Assembly: GCA_964016885.1 (NCBI GenBank)
Contig: OZ024745.1
Span: forward strand, 39,060,001-39,124,000
Direction: 5' to 3'
Source: Eledone cirrhosa
Lineage: Eukaryota
Length of the DNA: 64,000 nucleotides
Of the stretch, positions 1 to 13,135 are shown one piece after another. The position numbers and the translations under genes were made by a program. The notes beneath the pieces were generated by a model that had not been told where the DNA came from, searched no databases, and saw only the letters and a list, made by a program, of their open reading frames with translations. Within the stretch, counting starts at the first letter, position 1; each line of letters opens with the position of its first letter.

Positions 1-1654
1 GACGATCAAGACAGAGGGTGCTACGATAATCTAAACTATAATAAAGTAAGAAGCGCGGGATTGCGTACGGTTTATAATTGTTTATCCCATTAGTAAAATA
101 AGTTGGATTACTTTCAATAAATAATTGTTTCTACTTTTGGCACAAGGCCTGCAATTATTCCAGTGTATTTCTGGTACTTTATATTATCGACCCCGCAAGG
201 ATGAACAGCAAGTTAACCTCGGCGGGATTTGAATTCAGTCCCTTTACGGACTTTGAATAAATAATAAATGAATATTACATAATTTATCTACTAAATGTTG
301 TGGCTGTTCATTAAATATATTTTATTATTTATTTAAAGATTCACTTCTTTAAAATTTCCAAATGTCAACACTTCCGGTGGCGATTGTTTAAATAAACATA
401 CTAATTTTCTCCTAATGAGAATATATTTATATATAATATCATCTTTTTTTTAACGTATCATGGATTACTTTACTGATTACATAAGAGAGTCTAACACAGT
501 CTTCGTTCAATTTCTATGTATATTGTCAATTACGATTTTATATGATGTATCATATCTACATGTACATATACTTGCCTATAATATCAATGTGCACAATACA
601 AAAGCGAGCAGAAAACCACCCGAAGAGTGGTTTTTCTGCTAGTTACATATACATTTAATGAGCAGAAATATTCAGAACAAAATGACATGTGCATTCGCGC
701 GTTCCACTTTCAAAGTTGGTCTATGTTGATGAGATAGGTGCATTTAAATAACTCCTTATTTTGGGGTGCATTGTCTGTTTTCTTCCTCTAAAGGATCCCT
801 CGATTTCAGCTTCGAAATCATTTTAAACTCACCAACGTTCATTTGAAATTTCTTCATCTTAGCTCTATGTCAAAGTTTCCTCTATTCCACAAGAACATTT
901 TCATTTTAATTACATTTTTTAAAAAATGATTTTAGGAAATCTGTCAAATCCTAGCTAATGTAGCAAATATCAATTAATTTCGAAGTCATTTGTTTTTATG
1001 TATATTGCTCTTGTGTACGTTGTTACTGCGGTCGCTGTCGTGAGTGTTGGTTATGTTACATATGTCATCCGGTAAATCCTTCAAATTCACAGAGAATATA
1101 TTGTTAAATATTTCCTGTTTTAATGATATTTTGCCATTGGTTGCAATCAAAGCGGAATTTTCTCTTTTAACTTTGAAGGAATCCATAAGCATGTCCATAG
1201 TAATTTGATTTACTCTGGCTGCGTTTCTGTAGAAGATGCGCTGTAAGTAGTGTTTCTCAAGAATTCCGTTTTGTTTATAATTCCATCCTAGTTGTTCAAG
1301 GCAATATTGTTGTTTTTGAAGTGTTGAATTTATCATTGATCTTCCCAGGAATTACTAGAAAACAAAATCGTCTGACAGGTTTAGTAACCTCAGTAACTCT
1401 GTGGGAAGCTCGTCGATAGAGTGTATTTGAAAATTATATATCTAGCACAGACACCTGTTGTGCAACGATAACACGGCACGAGCGTTGAGCACTGAAGACA
1501 TAATTCATTACGGAATATTAAACAGTATACTCATCTGCAAATTCCTACAAATACACAGACATGTACACACATCCACATACATATTTTCACACACACACAT
1601 ACACACACACACAACCTATAGACACACACCCACCCACTCACACACATACACACA

Positions 1655-1704
<50 letters not shown>

Positions 1705-2119
1705 GGTGATTGTGATACTATAAAATTGGAAGTTATTGTAGTGAAATAATAAGGAAGAAAGTGGTTATTATGAATTAATATAATACAAATTCATTTCGTT
1801 ATTATTGAAAAATTAAAAACGTAAACAATAAAAGGATAATATAAAAACATTTATATTTTCTAGACAAAGAAAAATTACAAATATAATATTTGTAGATTTT
1901 TTAATAAAGATTCGAAGCATCAAATAATTATAACGTTTTTAGTTGAAATATATTTTGATATTTTATAGTTGAAACGTATTTTATCTATTGGTGTGAGTGT
2001 TATCCGATTACGATGTGTATAACACAAACAATTCAAACATTCAGTTTTTATTTTGTAAATATTTATTTACGTTTATTTTGTTCATCTTTGTATATGTGTA
2101 AATGCATATATATGTACAT

Positions 2120-2683
2120 ATGGTGGCTGCCAACTCGTTGTCGAGTACGGCCACAACTTTCTACCCATGTAGGAGAACCCCTACCGATGCGCTGAACGAG
2201 TGAGAGTTTTTAGTTCAGCCAGCGACTTGAAAACTCTGGTACACACACTACACTTGTGACAATTAGTGACACATAGTGCTGGGCCCATGGTACCATGTGA
2301 CGACTAGTGCAGAGAGATCTCCAGATATAAAGCAATGCCTGTACCGTGAAGCTTTTATAGTGAGCAAGGGCACTGCACAAAGCCAGTACCACTCTCTTAA
2401 CCAAGATGATATTTACCAAAAAGAAGAACAAGTCAACATCATTGGATACCATCAGGGTTGCAGGTGTTATATCTCAGTTTTCCTTCTCCTAGAATCCTGC
2501 CTTGACAAAGGCTAAGGGGTCATCTCTCCCGGTGATTGTGGATGACGATTGACTCTTATGAGCTCCTTTGCCCTTTGACAGGTTTTGTTTTTAGTCCTGC
2601 AGGATGTCCAAAGTCACCCTCCTCACCAAGAAATCTTGGTGGGGTTGCCAGTTTAGTCGCCAACGACGTGACCATGAGCCTGG
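2120..2683 (-). mobile_element. ~560 bp GC-richer non-coding interspersed repeat (SINE-like or non-autonomous LINE derivative); partial copies at 19450-19825 (+) and 50550-50720 (+)
   Basis: All three copies share ggcgacta.actggcaac.ccaccaa..gtgaggagggt..cctgcagg.ctaaaaacaaaacctgtcaaagg. Confidence 0.75.
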
Positions 2684-2858
2684 TATATAGTATATATATA
2701 TATATATATATAATATAGAAACGGCTTCTACAGGAAATCATCATTCCGTCGAAATAATCAGTTCTATTCCTGTAGAAGCCATTTCTATATTAAATACTTA
2801 TGCTATGTATTGAGTACTTTACTTACTGTGGTTACCCCCAATTGAACCTGGGATACAA

Positions 2859-2892
<34 letters not shown>

Positions 2893-3281
2893 ATATACAT
2901 ATTGATTCATTCATTTATATATATAATGTAGTTCAATTTCCTAATGAATTTCCAATTAGGCTGAGCAATAGAATTGGTAATTCCTTTCCCTTGCTGCGAA
3001 ACAGTTTTACCAAAGACTGCCTGGATGTTTGATAGTTTTCACGATTCGGTTTGTACTTTTTCGTAATTTATTCTTTTAATTGAGTCTGGCGAATCGTATT
3101 GTTCATAGTTAGTATCCTATTTATCCTTGCAACTTTGTCCCTTATGATTTAAACACATATTTCTATATATCTGTGTTTACCTCTCTTTATTATATTAAAT
3201 TATATTAAACGGCTAGGAAAATGTTTTCCTTGATGTATTTTAATTGTAAGGGACCATTCTGAGTTTCTGACTCAATATATA

Positions 3282-3348
<67 letters not shown>

Positions 3349-4549
3349 TATATGAAAGGACAACCCCCATGATGAGATATCCGTCAAGCACTTCGTGGTT
3401 TGGATGGCGTGTGTTCATGGCTGAAATGAACATAAGTGTTTCAAAGACTGACACATTCGTCTTGCCAAGGAAGCCTGCGCATTGCTCTCTACGTGTGAGT
3501 GGAGTTCCACTGAAGTAGGTAGGAGATCATGTAGTTAATATGTCTCAAGATGGAATTGCTGGACAGATTTTAGGGGCACGCCAACAGGTCAGATTAGAGA
3601 TCTAGTTGGGTCAGGTTCAGAAGGTTGCTTTAACAGGACCTTCTGTGAAAAGTAATTAATGACCCTGCTTCTATAACGATCTCGGGAATAAGAGTTTGAA
3701 GAAAGCGAAGAACAATATATATGTAAATATATATTTTCTCCTCGCTTGTGTAAGTGTGTGTGTTTGTGCGCATGGTGATAGATAACAGGAACAAGTACGG
3801 GAGCGTGTGGTGGAAATATTTTTTTAAATTCATTTGTCGATTAACATATATCCATTTGGTGTTTTTAGCTATTTTTCTATGTAACTCATATATATTAGTT
3901 GATCAATTACGTAGAGTCTCCATTGCTGGTTCATGTTTATGAATGTACAGAGAGAAATTTATTTTAAAAGCAAAAACAAGGTAGATTGGCAACCTCGTTT
4001 AGATGATGACATATGCAGAGCTGTGATCTTACATCTCCGTGCTGCATCGTTAATGATAAAGAAACATACGACTTCTTCCAAAATTGGTACATTTACTACA
4101 GATAATATCAGCCAATTGAATATACTCGATGTGTTATAAGTAGGCAATTAGTTTATTTGAAATGACTAATGATCGAAGCAACAAATGAATTACTACGTAA
4201 TTAGGTAAACTTACAATGTTCTAAACTTTCAAAGACGATCTGTTAATTATTAATGGGAAGCCTTCCTAAATATTTAATATACAAACGTTATAACCAGCTA
4301 GCGCTATGCTGTAGGCATAAACTTTTGAGTAACGTAGAGAGAAGTAGCGTTTACATTAAACATTGGAGTCATTCATTTAATTTCTTCGTTTGCTTTGAAC
4401 ATTCAATCAGCATAGAGGTAGAATGAGGTATATTATCATTTCAGGGCTCTAATATGTGCACGCACGCACACACACACACACACATACACACATACACACA
4501 CACACACACACACACATACACACACACACATACACACACACGCACGAAC

Positions 4550-4580
<31 letters not shown>

Positions 4581-4628
4581 AATATACATAAATTTCAATA
4601 TAGATTTAACCGGGTACTCTCTCTCTCT

Positions 4629-4659
<31 letters not shown>

Positions 4660-4743
4660 CCTCTTACTCTCTCTCACACACCCACACACATATATGCATA
4701 CATATATACATATATATATACAGTATATATACATATAGATATA

Positions 4744-5031
4744 TAACGAAGGAAATGTGGTAAGGAACCAGATGGACCATAACGCACCAAAGTACTCAAT
4801 ACTTAGGGTAGTAGAGTGGGTAATACGAACGAGTAGGGCCCCGACGGCTGAGCTCAAGCTGTTTCGACTGCTAATTCTGGACTGAATTAGCCGTCCAGGA
4901 TTAGCCGTCGAAACGGCTTCAGTTCAGCCGTCGGCGTCCCACTCGTTCCTATTACCCACTCTACTACCCTACGTATAGAGTACTTTGGTGCGTTATGGTC
5001 CACCTGGTTCCTTACCACATTTCCTTCGTTA
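4744..5031. mobile_element. Fold-back element carrying the 3' half of an HHR; family copies at 8916-9036, 21773-21890, 46220-46380, 48572-48775 and 62605-62731
   Basis: Palindrome centred at ~4885. Arm consensus is GAAA-CGGC-t-TGAGCTCA-GCCG-TC-GGGGT. Confidence 0.85.
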
Positions 5032-5050
5032 TATATATATATATATACAC

Positions 5051-5081
<31 letters not shown>

Positions 5082-5292
5082 TAATTTTCTCTTATGCACG
5101 GGGAGATTATATGAAATAAATTATAAAATAAAGTGGATACCCTTAAAGACGGAAAACTTTACCATAAGCATGTGTGTACCACATTTTTGGTTTTCTTTCT
5201 CTCTTCAAAGTTTCGTGGAGTTCCGAGAGATTTTCTCTGTATACACACACACAGACACACGTGCCTGCGCGCACACACACACACGCACATAT

Positions 5293-5326
<34 letters not shown>

Positions 5327-5526
5327 CGGGCTTAGCCTGATATATATTCCTTTTGGAACTTTTCCCCCGTTGATGGGCGTGAGCCCGAAATATTGGGATT
5401 AAATCTCCTCTACGGTAACCCTTCTACCTTTGTTTTGTTTTCATTTTCATTTTCACTTTTCTCCTATTTCTCACTCACTTCTTACCTCGAGATTTCCCAT
5501 CTGCATTGTTGTGGCTTTCTAAACTA

Positions 5527-5596
<70 letters not shown>

Positions 5597-5598
<2 letters not shown>

Positions 5599-6030
5599 GA
5601 TATTAACAAATGGAAACTATATTTATAAAACCATATTTATTTCATTATACATATTTGAAGGACACCAAGTTAAATTATGGTGTGCTTTCATCAAATAAAA
5701 CATAATATATAGCAGTTTTATAAATAAATATTGACATACCCTTAAATAATGCAACCATTACTGTTGGAAGCCCCCAGCAGTAATGGTTGCATTATTTAAG
5801 GGTATATCAATATTTATTTATAAAACTGCTCTATAATATATTTTATCTGATTAAAGCACACCATCATTTAACTTGGTGTCCTTGAAATATGTATAATGAA
5901 ATAAATATGGTTTTATAAATATAGTTTCCATTTGTTAATATTATATTTTTACTCCAATTAATTGTTGAGTGCTTTATATCAGTTATAAACATAGTTGCTT
6001 GTTGTATCCCAATAAAGTAAATAGAACTTT
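5597..6030. mobile_element. Fold-back element with degenerate HHRs; family copies at 14277-14468 and 44573-44906
   Basis: Palindrome centred at ~5771 and flanked by (TA)n. Confidence 0.85.
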
Positions 6031-6033
6031 TAC

Positions 6034-6066
<33 letters not shown>

Positions 6067-6439
6067 ATTCATGAAAAAGGAGTGACATGGCTCGCTATAC
6101 AATAAGGTCTTTATTCACATTGCTGGCAATTGTTTCTTCGATCTGGTAGGTCTAGAGTTCGCTACCAGCCTGATTTTGCGTCAATCGTATCCAATACTTT
6201 GTTTATAACCAGTCGTTTTCATCGGAGCAATGTGAATAAAGCCCTTATTGTATAGCGAACCATGTCACTCTTTTTTCTTGAATTATTATTACTCCAAGTA
6301 TAAACTACATAGAAATCACCGCGAACTCGCGGCATCACTATGGAAACGTCTTGTATATATATATAAATATATATATTTTTTTTGTTTATTTTTTTGTTGA
6401 TCGATCGACTTTCGTCAAATCGAACCTAGGAAACGATGT

Positions 6440-6612
6440 TTCCGTTGGTCTTTCCAATTGCTATTACTATATATCGGTCGCGACTCCAGGTAGACGGAGC
6501 AACGTGAAATAAAGTGTCTTGCTCAAGGACATAAAGCATCGACCTGTCCAGGAATCGAACTCACAACCTCAATATTGTGAATCCAATTCTCTAACCACTC
6601 AGCCACACACCT
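6440..6612 (-). mobile_element. tRNA-derived CORE-like SINE
   Basis: The minus strand reads GTGGCTGAGTGGTTAG...GAGTTCGATTCCTGG..TGTCCTTGAGCAAGACACTT. Confidence 0.75.
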
Positions 6613-6615
6613 TCA

Positions 6616-6650
<35 letters not shown>

Positions 6651-6659
6651 CATATATAT

Positions 6660-7428
6660 ATATATTCGTTTCTGAATTTGTTTAGCAAGATTCTTTATCT
6701 GAAAACGTGTGTTGAAACCGATATTGTTATGCTTCGGGAGGGTCATGTTGCCAATAAGGAACACACGCACCATCTGTTTCACTTCAATTTATTATAAATT
6801 AAATTTATAAATTTAGGAATTTATAAATTTCCGGTTGGTTGGTTGGTTCCACACCCAGACGATTGTTCATAAATTGTCAAAGTTCTTTCGTCACACATTC
6901 TGTGAACTCTTCAGTGACTGGGAATTCTTTTCTTTGTTTTTTTGCCTCACCTTTGTTCTGTCCTACGCCATCTTGTTTTTGTTGTGTGCTTCGTTTGCGC
7001 ATGTGTTACATCCGGGTGTCTGTGTGTGTTTATATTTGTTTATTGATTTGTTTAATTACATGTTACTGGTTGGTTGTTTGTTCTATGTGTTGTGTGTGTT
7101 TTCATTTTGTCCTTAATTGTAAGATTTGATGTTGCTTTTCCATTCATGTTTTCTATTTAATTTTGGTCGGAGTTCATTTATGTTTATTGCCTCTGTGAAT
7201 TGTCTAAACATTGCGTCTTTTCTGTGTGTAGATTCTATTTTATTTCTATGTTCTCTGATTTGTCTAAACATTGCGTATTTTCTGTGTAGATTCTATTTTT
7301 ATTTCTATGTTCTCTTAGAGGACATAGAAATAAAAATAGAATCTACACACAGAAAAGACGCAATGTTTAGACAAATCACAGAGGCAATAAACATAAATGA
7401 ACTCCAACCAAAATTAAATAGAAAATAA
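6660..7428 (-). mobile_element. PLE 3' fragment (GIY-YIG C-terminus and pLTR) with fold-back at ~7316
   Basis: IEIKIESTHRKDAMFRQITEAININELQPKLNRK resembles the 15501 ORF C-terminus. The pLTR is shared with 37765-38165, and there is an HHR at 6876-6918. Confidence 0.82.
6876..6918 (-). ncRNA. Minimal type I hammerhead-like motif in a PLE pLTR
   Basis: GTCA-CTGAAGA-g-tTCACA gaatg TGTGAc-GAAA-GAAC-TT-TGAC. Helix III is only 2 bp. Confidence 0.7.
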
Positions 7429-8591
7429 AATTAAATAGATGTGTTCTGATGCTGTAAACACGGCAACTTTGAAACGAGTGCAACATGCTGAAAAAATGTT
7501 TTCATTTAAAAGATAATACATTTGAAATGTTGGATCGATACGAACACATAGCGAAGTATGTGAATTTGAGAGTTTTCTATTTTAATATAGAAAGACAAAA
7601 AATGTTTACGGTAGATTTTGATGGTATGTGTTTAATATTATTATAATATATAAAATCTATAAGGACAGATTGTTAAGAAAACGACCTCCATTTCTGGTCA
7701 AAGTATTTAGCTGTTACCTAAATACGAACCAGGTGTAACATATCTGAATTACTGAACTACGAATTGCAGTCATTTGCCTTGTTGTGACGTGGTTCACACA
7801 ATAACGAACACAGTGACACGTAACTGCAATAATACACTTCATCGATATTTTCTTTCATCAATAAGGAAGCAGCAGCCAAGAATTTGTATACTCTGATATT
7901 ATGGTAATGTATGCTTATTGTTGGTACACAAAAATAAATAATAATATCACTCTTTTTATGAGAGATATTTTTCATTAAATTCTAGTTTTTTTTTGTTTTC
8001 TCTTTTCCTCTGAAGAAAAAGATAAGGAATGCAGAAAAAAAGAAGTGCATCTGAGAAAATAGTATAATATTGAACTCTTTTCTATTTTAGCAAATGGAAT
8101 TACAGTGAATATTTTTGTGTATATTTATATCTGTGCCTTTCCGTACATGCGTCTGTTGAGCGCAGTGATAAATGTGTCATTGAGTACAGTAATAGAAATC
8201 CTGGCAAATGTTTAGCGGCCGTTTCTGCTCAATTTAGCTTGGTCAATGTCCAGAAGATATATTTCAATGATTCAATAATTTCGGGAAAGTATATGCATTT
8301 TTTTACAACGATTCCAGTTGTGTTTAGGAATCATTCCATTGTGTATCTCACTCCACGATACTACCATTCATTTATCACATCACACAACCTATCTATATAA
8401 GTATATTTCTAGTTTGAGCATTATACATCTTCGTCTATCATTTATGAGGAATCAATTTGAATCGCAATGCTCCGTCACAATTAATTTGTATAATCTACTA
8501 TATATAACCATGTATTTGACTCTAGATTTATATCAAGATATAAAGAAATACATCCCCAAATCAGCCTATATGCGAATGTATATATACATAT

Positions 8592-8660
<69 letters not shown>

Positions 8661-8865
8661 TATATGTGTGTGTGCGTGTGTATAAGGTCGTGAGAAATCT
8701 TGGAAGCAAAGATGTTGATATTCAAAATTTCTTTCATTTACAGAAATATGCTTTTGCCCTATGAGATCTGATTTGTTACGTAAAATATTATTCCATACAT
8801 CGCCAAATACAGTGTTGCTGAGCTTATTCGCAGAGAAAGAAAAACATGTACACATGTATATATAT

Positions 8866-8918
<53 letters not shown>

Positions 8919-9034
8919 AACAAGTATGACCCCGACGGCAGATATCAAGCCATTTCGACAGCTATTTCTACTATCATAAGTACTTAGTACTTTGCTGAGT
9001 TATGGTCCATTTGGTTTCTTACCACAATTCCTTC

Positions 9035-9074
<40 letters not shown>

Positions 9075-9220
9075 TATATGGTAGTTGTTTACCGACACCT
9101 CAGTATGCAGATTGGAGCACTCGACGAGGTAGGCAGGCTGGTTTGTTTACTACGGAATAATGTAAAGTAATTAAGTCAAATATGTAAAATTTGGCTTTGT
9201 TTATTATATATTATAGATAT

Positions 9221-9275
9221 ACTGCTATATATATTTCGGTGACAGCCATCATTAGCTGTGACCTCTTCAGGCTGT
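9221..9275 (-). ncRNA. Type I hammerhead ribozyme (same family as 39693); a degenerate + strand partner lies at 9419-9470
   Basis: ACAGC-CTGAAGA-GGTCACAGC..GCTGTCACC-GAAA-TATATA-TA-GCAGT, inside fold-back 9169-9525. Confidence 0.8.
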
Positions 9276-10106
9276 TCGAATTGGTGTGGAATCATATCCA
9301 TATGATTGCAGTTTCTCAGAGTAATAACAAAGCAACCAGGAGCTGGATATATCGGAGTATTGACGGAGTAAAACACACTTCAACAACATCTGTACCTGTC
9401 TCTCCCACACCAATTCGGACTGCCTGAAGAGGTCACATCCAATGGTGGCTGTCCCGGAAATATATCTATCAATATATCTATAATTTATAATAAAGAAAGC
9501 CAAATTTTACATATTTGACTTAATTTTTTTATATATTTATATATACACTATCTATAAAAGATCTAAATGTATTGATACACATTTGTACATGATTTTTTCA
9601 CCCTAATGCGTGTGCTTGCTATGTTTTAGGGTTTGTATGCTTGTGGAGATGATTGAGGATCATATAGTTAGTCATAATAAACAAGATAGCGGTAGAACTC
9701 TTTGACAGTAAGCCTACTTAGAGCTAGATGTAGACATTTCCGAACCCATGGGCATTGATCGTGCTAGGGCACCACTATATATATATATCTTTCTTTTTTC
9801 TGTTTCTCACACTTACAGAAACATACAAATATATGCACGTGCAGATGCGCACCAAAACCTTCACAAAAAGTCTCACATCTTAACATGCACACACACATGA
9901 TCTTACACAGACGTACATACACATAAACACATACGTTCATATATATATATATGCGCAAAACAATCGACTTAATAGACACATACACAAAAATGTAAATGGC
10001 TTACATACGTGTTCATATACTAACACGCACAAACACACAGAAGCAATAATAATGCACACCTACGAATTTCACCCTAAAGACCATTCTCCTGACCAAAGTA
10101 CCGTGT

Positions 10107-10385
10107 ATTGCTCCTACATGGTCAATTCAGGTGGCATAGTGCCATGCAGCATGCAGAGAAACGCAGGAGCCGCGTCCACAATAGACTAACAATGCTGGAG
10201 TTTTACAGATACCGTATAGCAGATTGTGGAGGATTTCGTGTAAAAGCGTTGGTCAGGAAAATCATTTAATCAGTATTTAGTGGATGCCTAATTGAAAGTA
10301 AAGGGATGTAGGTTTCTGTATTAGAGGAACAATCAAGTACAATTCAGAGTGGATGAGTTGAATGGATTATCAAAACAATGGAGAA
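10107..10385 (+). mobile_element. Helitron Rep-helicase N-terminal fragment (pseudogenic)
   Basis: GQFRWH..RRSRVHNRLTMLEFYRYRIA../FNQYLVDA*LKVKGCR../RNNQVQFRVDELNGL resembles Helitron_like_N, with frameshifts. Confidence 0.75.
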
Positions 10386-11371
10386 AAGAATGACACTGTG
10401 TGTGGTACCAATTATTTTGCGATCAATCTTCACTGGCAGCCCGAGAACGATGCATCAGTACTTCAGGTTTATATTTATATAAACGAATTATATCCCCTAT
10501 ATTAAATAAGAAATAATACAATACACAATCTATTAAATATTTTCAATCACCTTTTGTTTACCCGACTAAATTCATGTATTACATTTCAGGTATTTTCATT
10601 ACCTTGCATGGGTAATATATTTTAGAAAAACCTCACTACCTTAACATTCCATCAACACTCATTCCAATAATAATAAATAAATTCAAAAGCAATCGGCATC
10701 TAGTTCTATTCAGTTATATATTTGTGTTCTTGTCACACCAGAATCGTGTCTGAAATAAATGTCTGGGGCTCATCAGAAGATAAAATGTGTAAGAGTAATA
10801 TACTCTGACTGGATTTACTAAACGTAATTATTCAGAGTTGAAATATAGTTATTAATAATCTAATGGAAAATTCATTTAACTAATAATAGTCTCGTATGAT
10901 TAGTTAGTATTAATCGATACGTAATACTTAAGGCATTATTGGATTGTATATTTATCTCACTGTCTAGCGAATATATTGTCAATTATCGCTTCTGGTGTCT
11001 AACATATATTATATCATCCCAACTCTTTCACACTAATTATTTCTCCCACACACATACACATAAACGTATGCGTGAAAGTCTGGTTATCTCTATGCATATG
11101 AATGTACAGAATGTACAGTCAATATGTATAAATATATATAATTATGTATGTATATGTATATATATTTACTTCTGTAAATGAGAATATATTACCGACCACT
11201 TTTCATGGATATGTTATGTATATTCATAACTAATTTACTTATGCTCCCTACACAGCCCTTATTGATTACTATTTCTAGTGTCAGTTTATACTCGTCACGC
11301 TTTCAGTATGTACAAATATTTATGTAAAATAAATTGTTAGTAGATCTACGCATGTGTGCAATATTATTATG

Positions 11372-11560
11372 GATTGGCAGTGCCGGTAGAGAGTCGGTCT
11401 CCATGCTTTGGAGCAAAGAGTTACGGCGCTTGCCATTCTGAGTTCAAATCCCGCCAAGGTTAACTTTGCCTTTCATCCTTACGGGGTCGATAAAATAAAG
11501 TACCAGTAATAGACTGGGTAATTGCTGTGGCTTTGTCCCAAAAGTAGAAACAATTATTTT
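11372..11560 (+). mobile_element. tRNA-derived SINE with a Meta-domain-like core; other copies at 122-240 (-) and 58880-59040 (-)
   Basis: A-box-like TGGCAGTGCCGG, B-box GAGTTCAAATCC and core GCCTTTCATCCTT.CGGGGTCGATAAAATAAAGTACCAG. Confidence 0.8.
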
Positions 11561-12259
11561 TATTACACCATGTCGGGTCGATGAAAAATGGAGACAATTC
11601 TCTGAATGGTTATTTATTTATATTTCATATGTCGTACGCGGTTTAAAATATAGGCAACATTTGAATAGTCTTTAATAATGTATAACTTAACCATTTAAAC
11701 AGGTTTCATGATTTTTGAAAGTTTAGAAAAAAGAAGCGTCTATACACTCCGAATCATTTAAAAAGAAATATAGCTTCACGTTCGGCATGTATATTGAGCC
11801 TAAAAACAAGACCGTAGCTAAATCTAGATCTTAAAACGACAATAGAAAACATTTGAATTGTTGTGCTGTTGAAGCCATTGAAATACTTTATGCCAAAAGC
11901 TATATTTCCAACAAAAATCAAAACATAAACTATATAAAATCATTCTGCATTACAACACAACCTTTTGTCCAAGTGGATAACTATTCAGCAGAATGCAGAT
12001 GATATTCCAATGACACGGTAGTTATGAATAACAAACTTTTATACCTAATTTTATGTGTAATGTTGTACTGTATATTTTCATATATGTATAGCCGCGAGGG
12101 TCACACTTGTATGCTCACAATTACATATAGATATTTATGACAAACCAGCATTACTTCTAACTTATAACTTATGTACTTTGATTATTATTTGCTTTACTTT
12201 AACGGTGCCCATATGTGTTCACGAGACACATGATCCCCCCCCCCCCGCTCGTCTCCTTG

Positions 12260-13135
12260 ATCGAATTGCAGTCCTGGGTAAAGAGGAGACCGAAGGGAAG
12301 CTCTTTTAAACTGGAATGTCTTTATGCGCTCACAGTCCTTAGACTATTGAGCAGTATGATCGGTGGAAACTCAATCGTGGCGTTTCTATAAAGGGTTAGT
12401 TTCCAGAAAACCTTTTTCGGGTCCCTTAGATATCTTCCAGAAATCCCTTGCCTGGCAGTGTTACCGACAAGCGTTGCCAGTTCGAGCTAAACTCCACAGG
12501 CTTGGAGGTGCAGTTAGCCGGGCCTGCCCGAGGTTCGCGGAGGGCTACGAAGCCGTCCTGCATTCATTCATTGACGAGTCGGGGGAAAACGTGCTTTGGG
12601 AAATGCAATCGCAACTGTTCACAGTTGATGAAAAGCTGGAGAAGTCGTAGACACAGAATATGTCTGCGCCTCATCAGTCATGGCAAGCCCAGTATTCTAC
12701 ACCGCGTGGGTTGATCATTGGAGCGTATCCCTTCCAAAAATGCGAAAGAGCAAACGATCTAGTGTAGTCATACGAAGCTTAGGACAAGGTTCCAGCGTCA
12801 GGTGGAGGTAGTAAATGATGAACGCACTGTACGCGTTCACCACATCCATTTGACATGTCAAGGATACCTTCCTCGCGGCCCGTTTCTGGATGAGGATTGC
12901 CATCCTGTCATCACTTCGTTCACGTTGTTGTCCGACAGGATTTCCGGAAGGAATCAGACTCTGAGGAATTTAAACAGTCCGTACGTCAAACACCCAACGC
13001 TGTTGTTGGACGGTATGTACGTGCCACACTAGCTGCAGTGCCGCAGGCCCATCCTCTTTTCCTGATTAATTTCTGTTCCTGTCTCAGCCTCATATTCTCT
13101 CAGAACAGAGTCAATCGCTTGGATAGGTTTTAACT
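12260..13135. mobile_element. Tx1/L1-clade LINE fragments in convergent orientation
   Basis: + strand: FQKSLAWQCYRQALPVRAKLHRLG...CPR..E...H (zf-RVT-like). - strand: post-RT region YEAETGTEINQEK...RKVSL...VVNAY..IIYY..LDRLLFR. Confidence 0.75.

Noticed and set aside
3355-3470. HHR-like ATGATGA...AAAGAC..GTCTT with a branched stem
   Set aside because: It has two core defects and no helix I pairing, so it cannot be supported without a family consensus.
5360-5400. TTGATG-GGC gtga GCC-CGAAA motif (similar partial motifs at ~20600 and ~36910)
   Set aside because: The cores are incomplete and helix I/III are not convincing; these may be decayed HHRs but are not callable.
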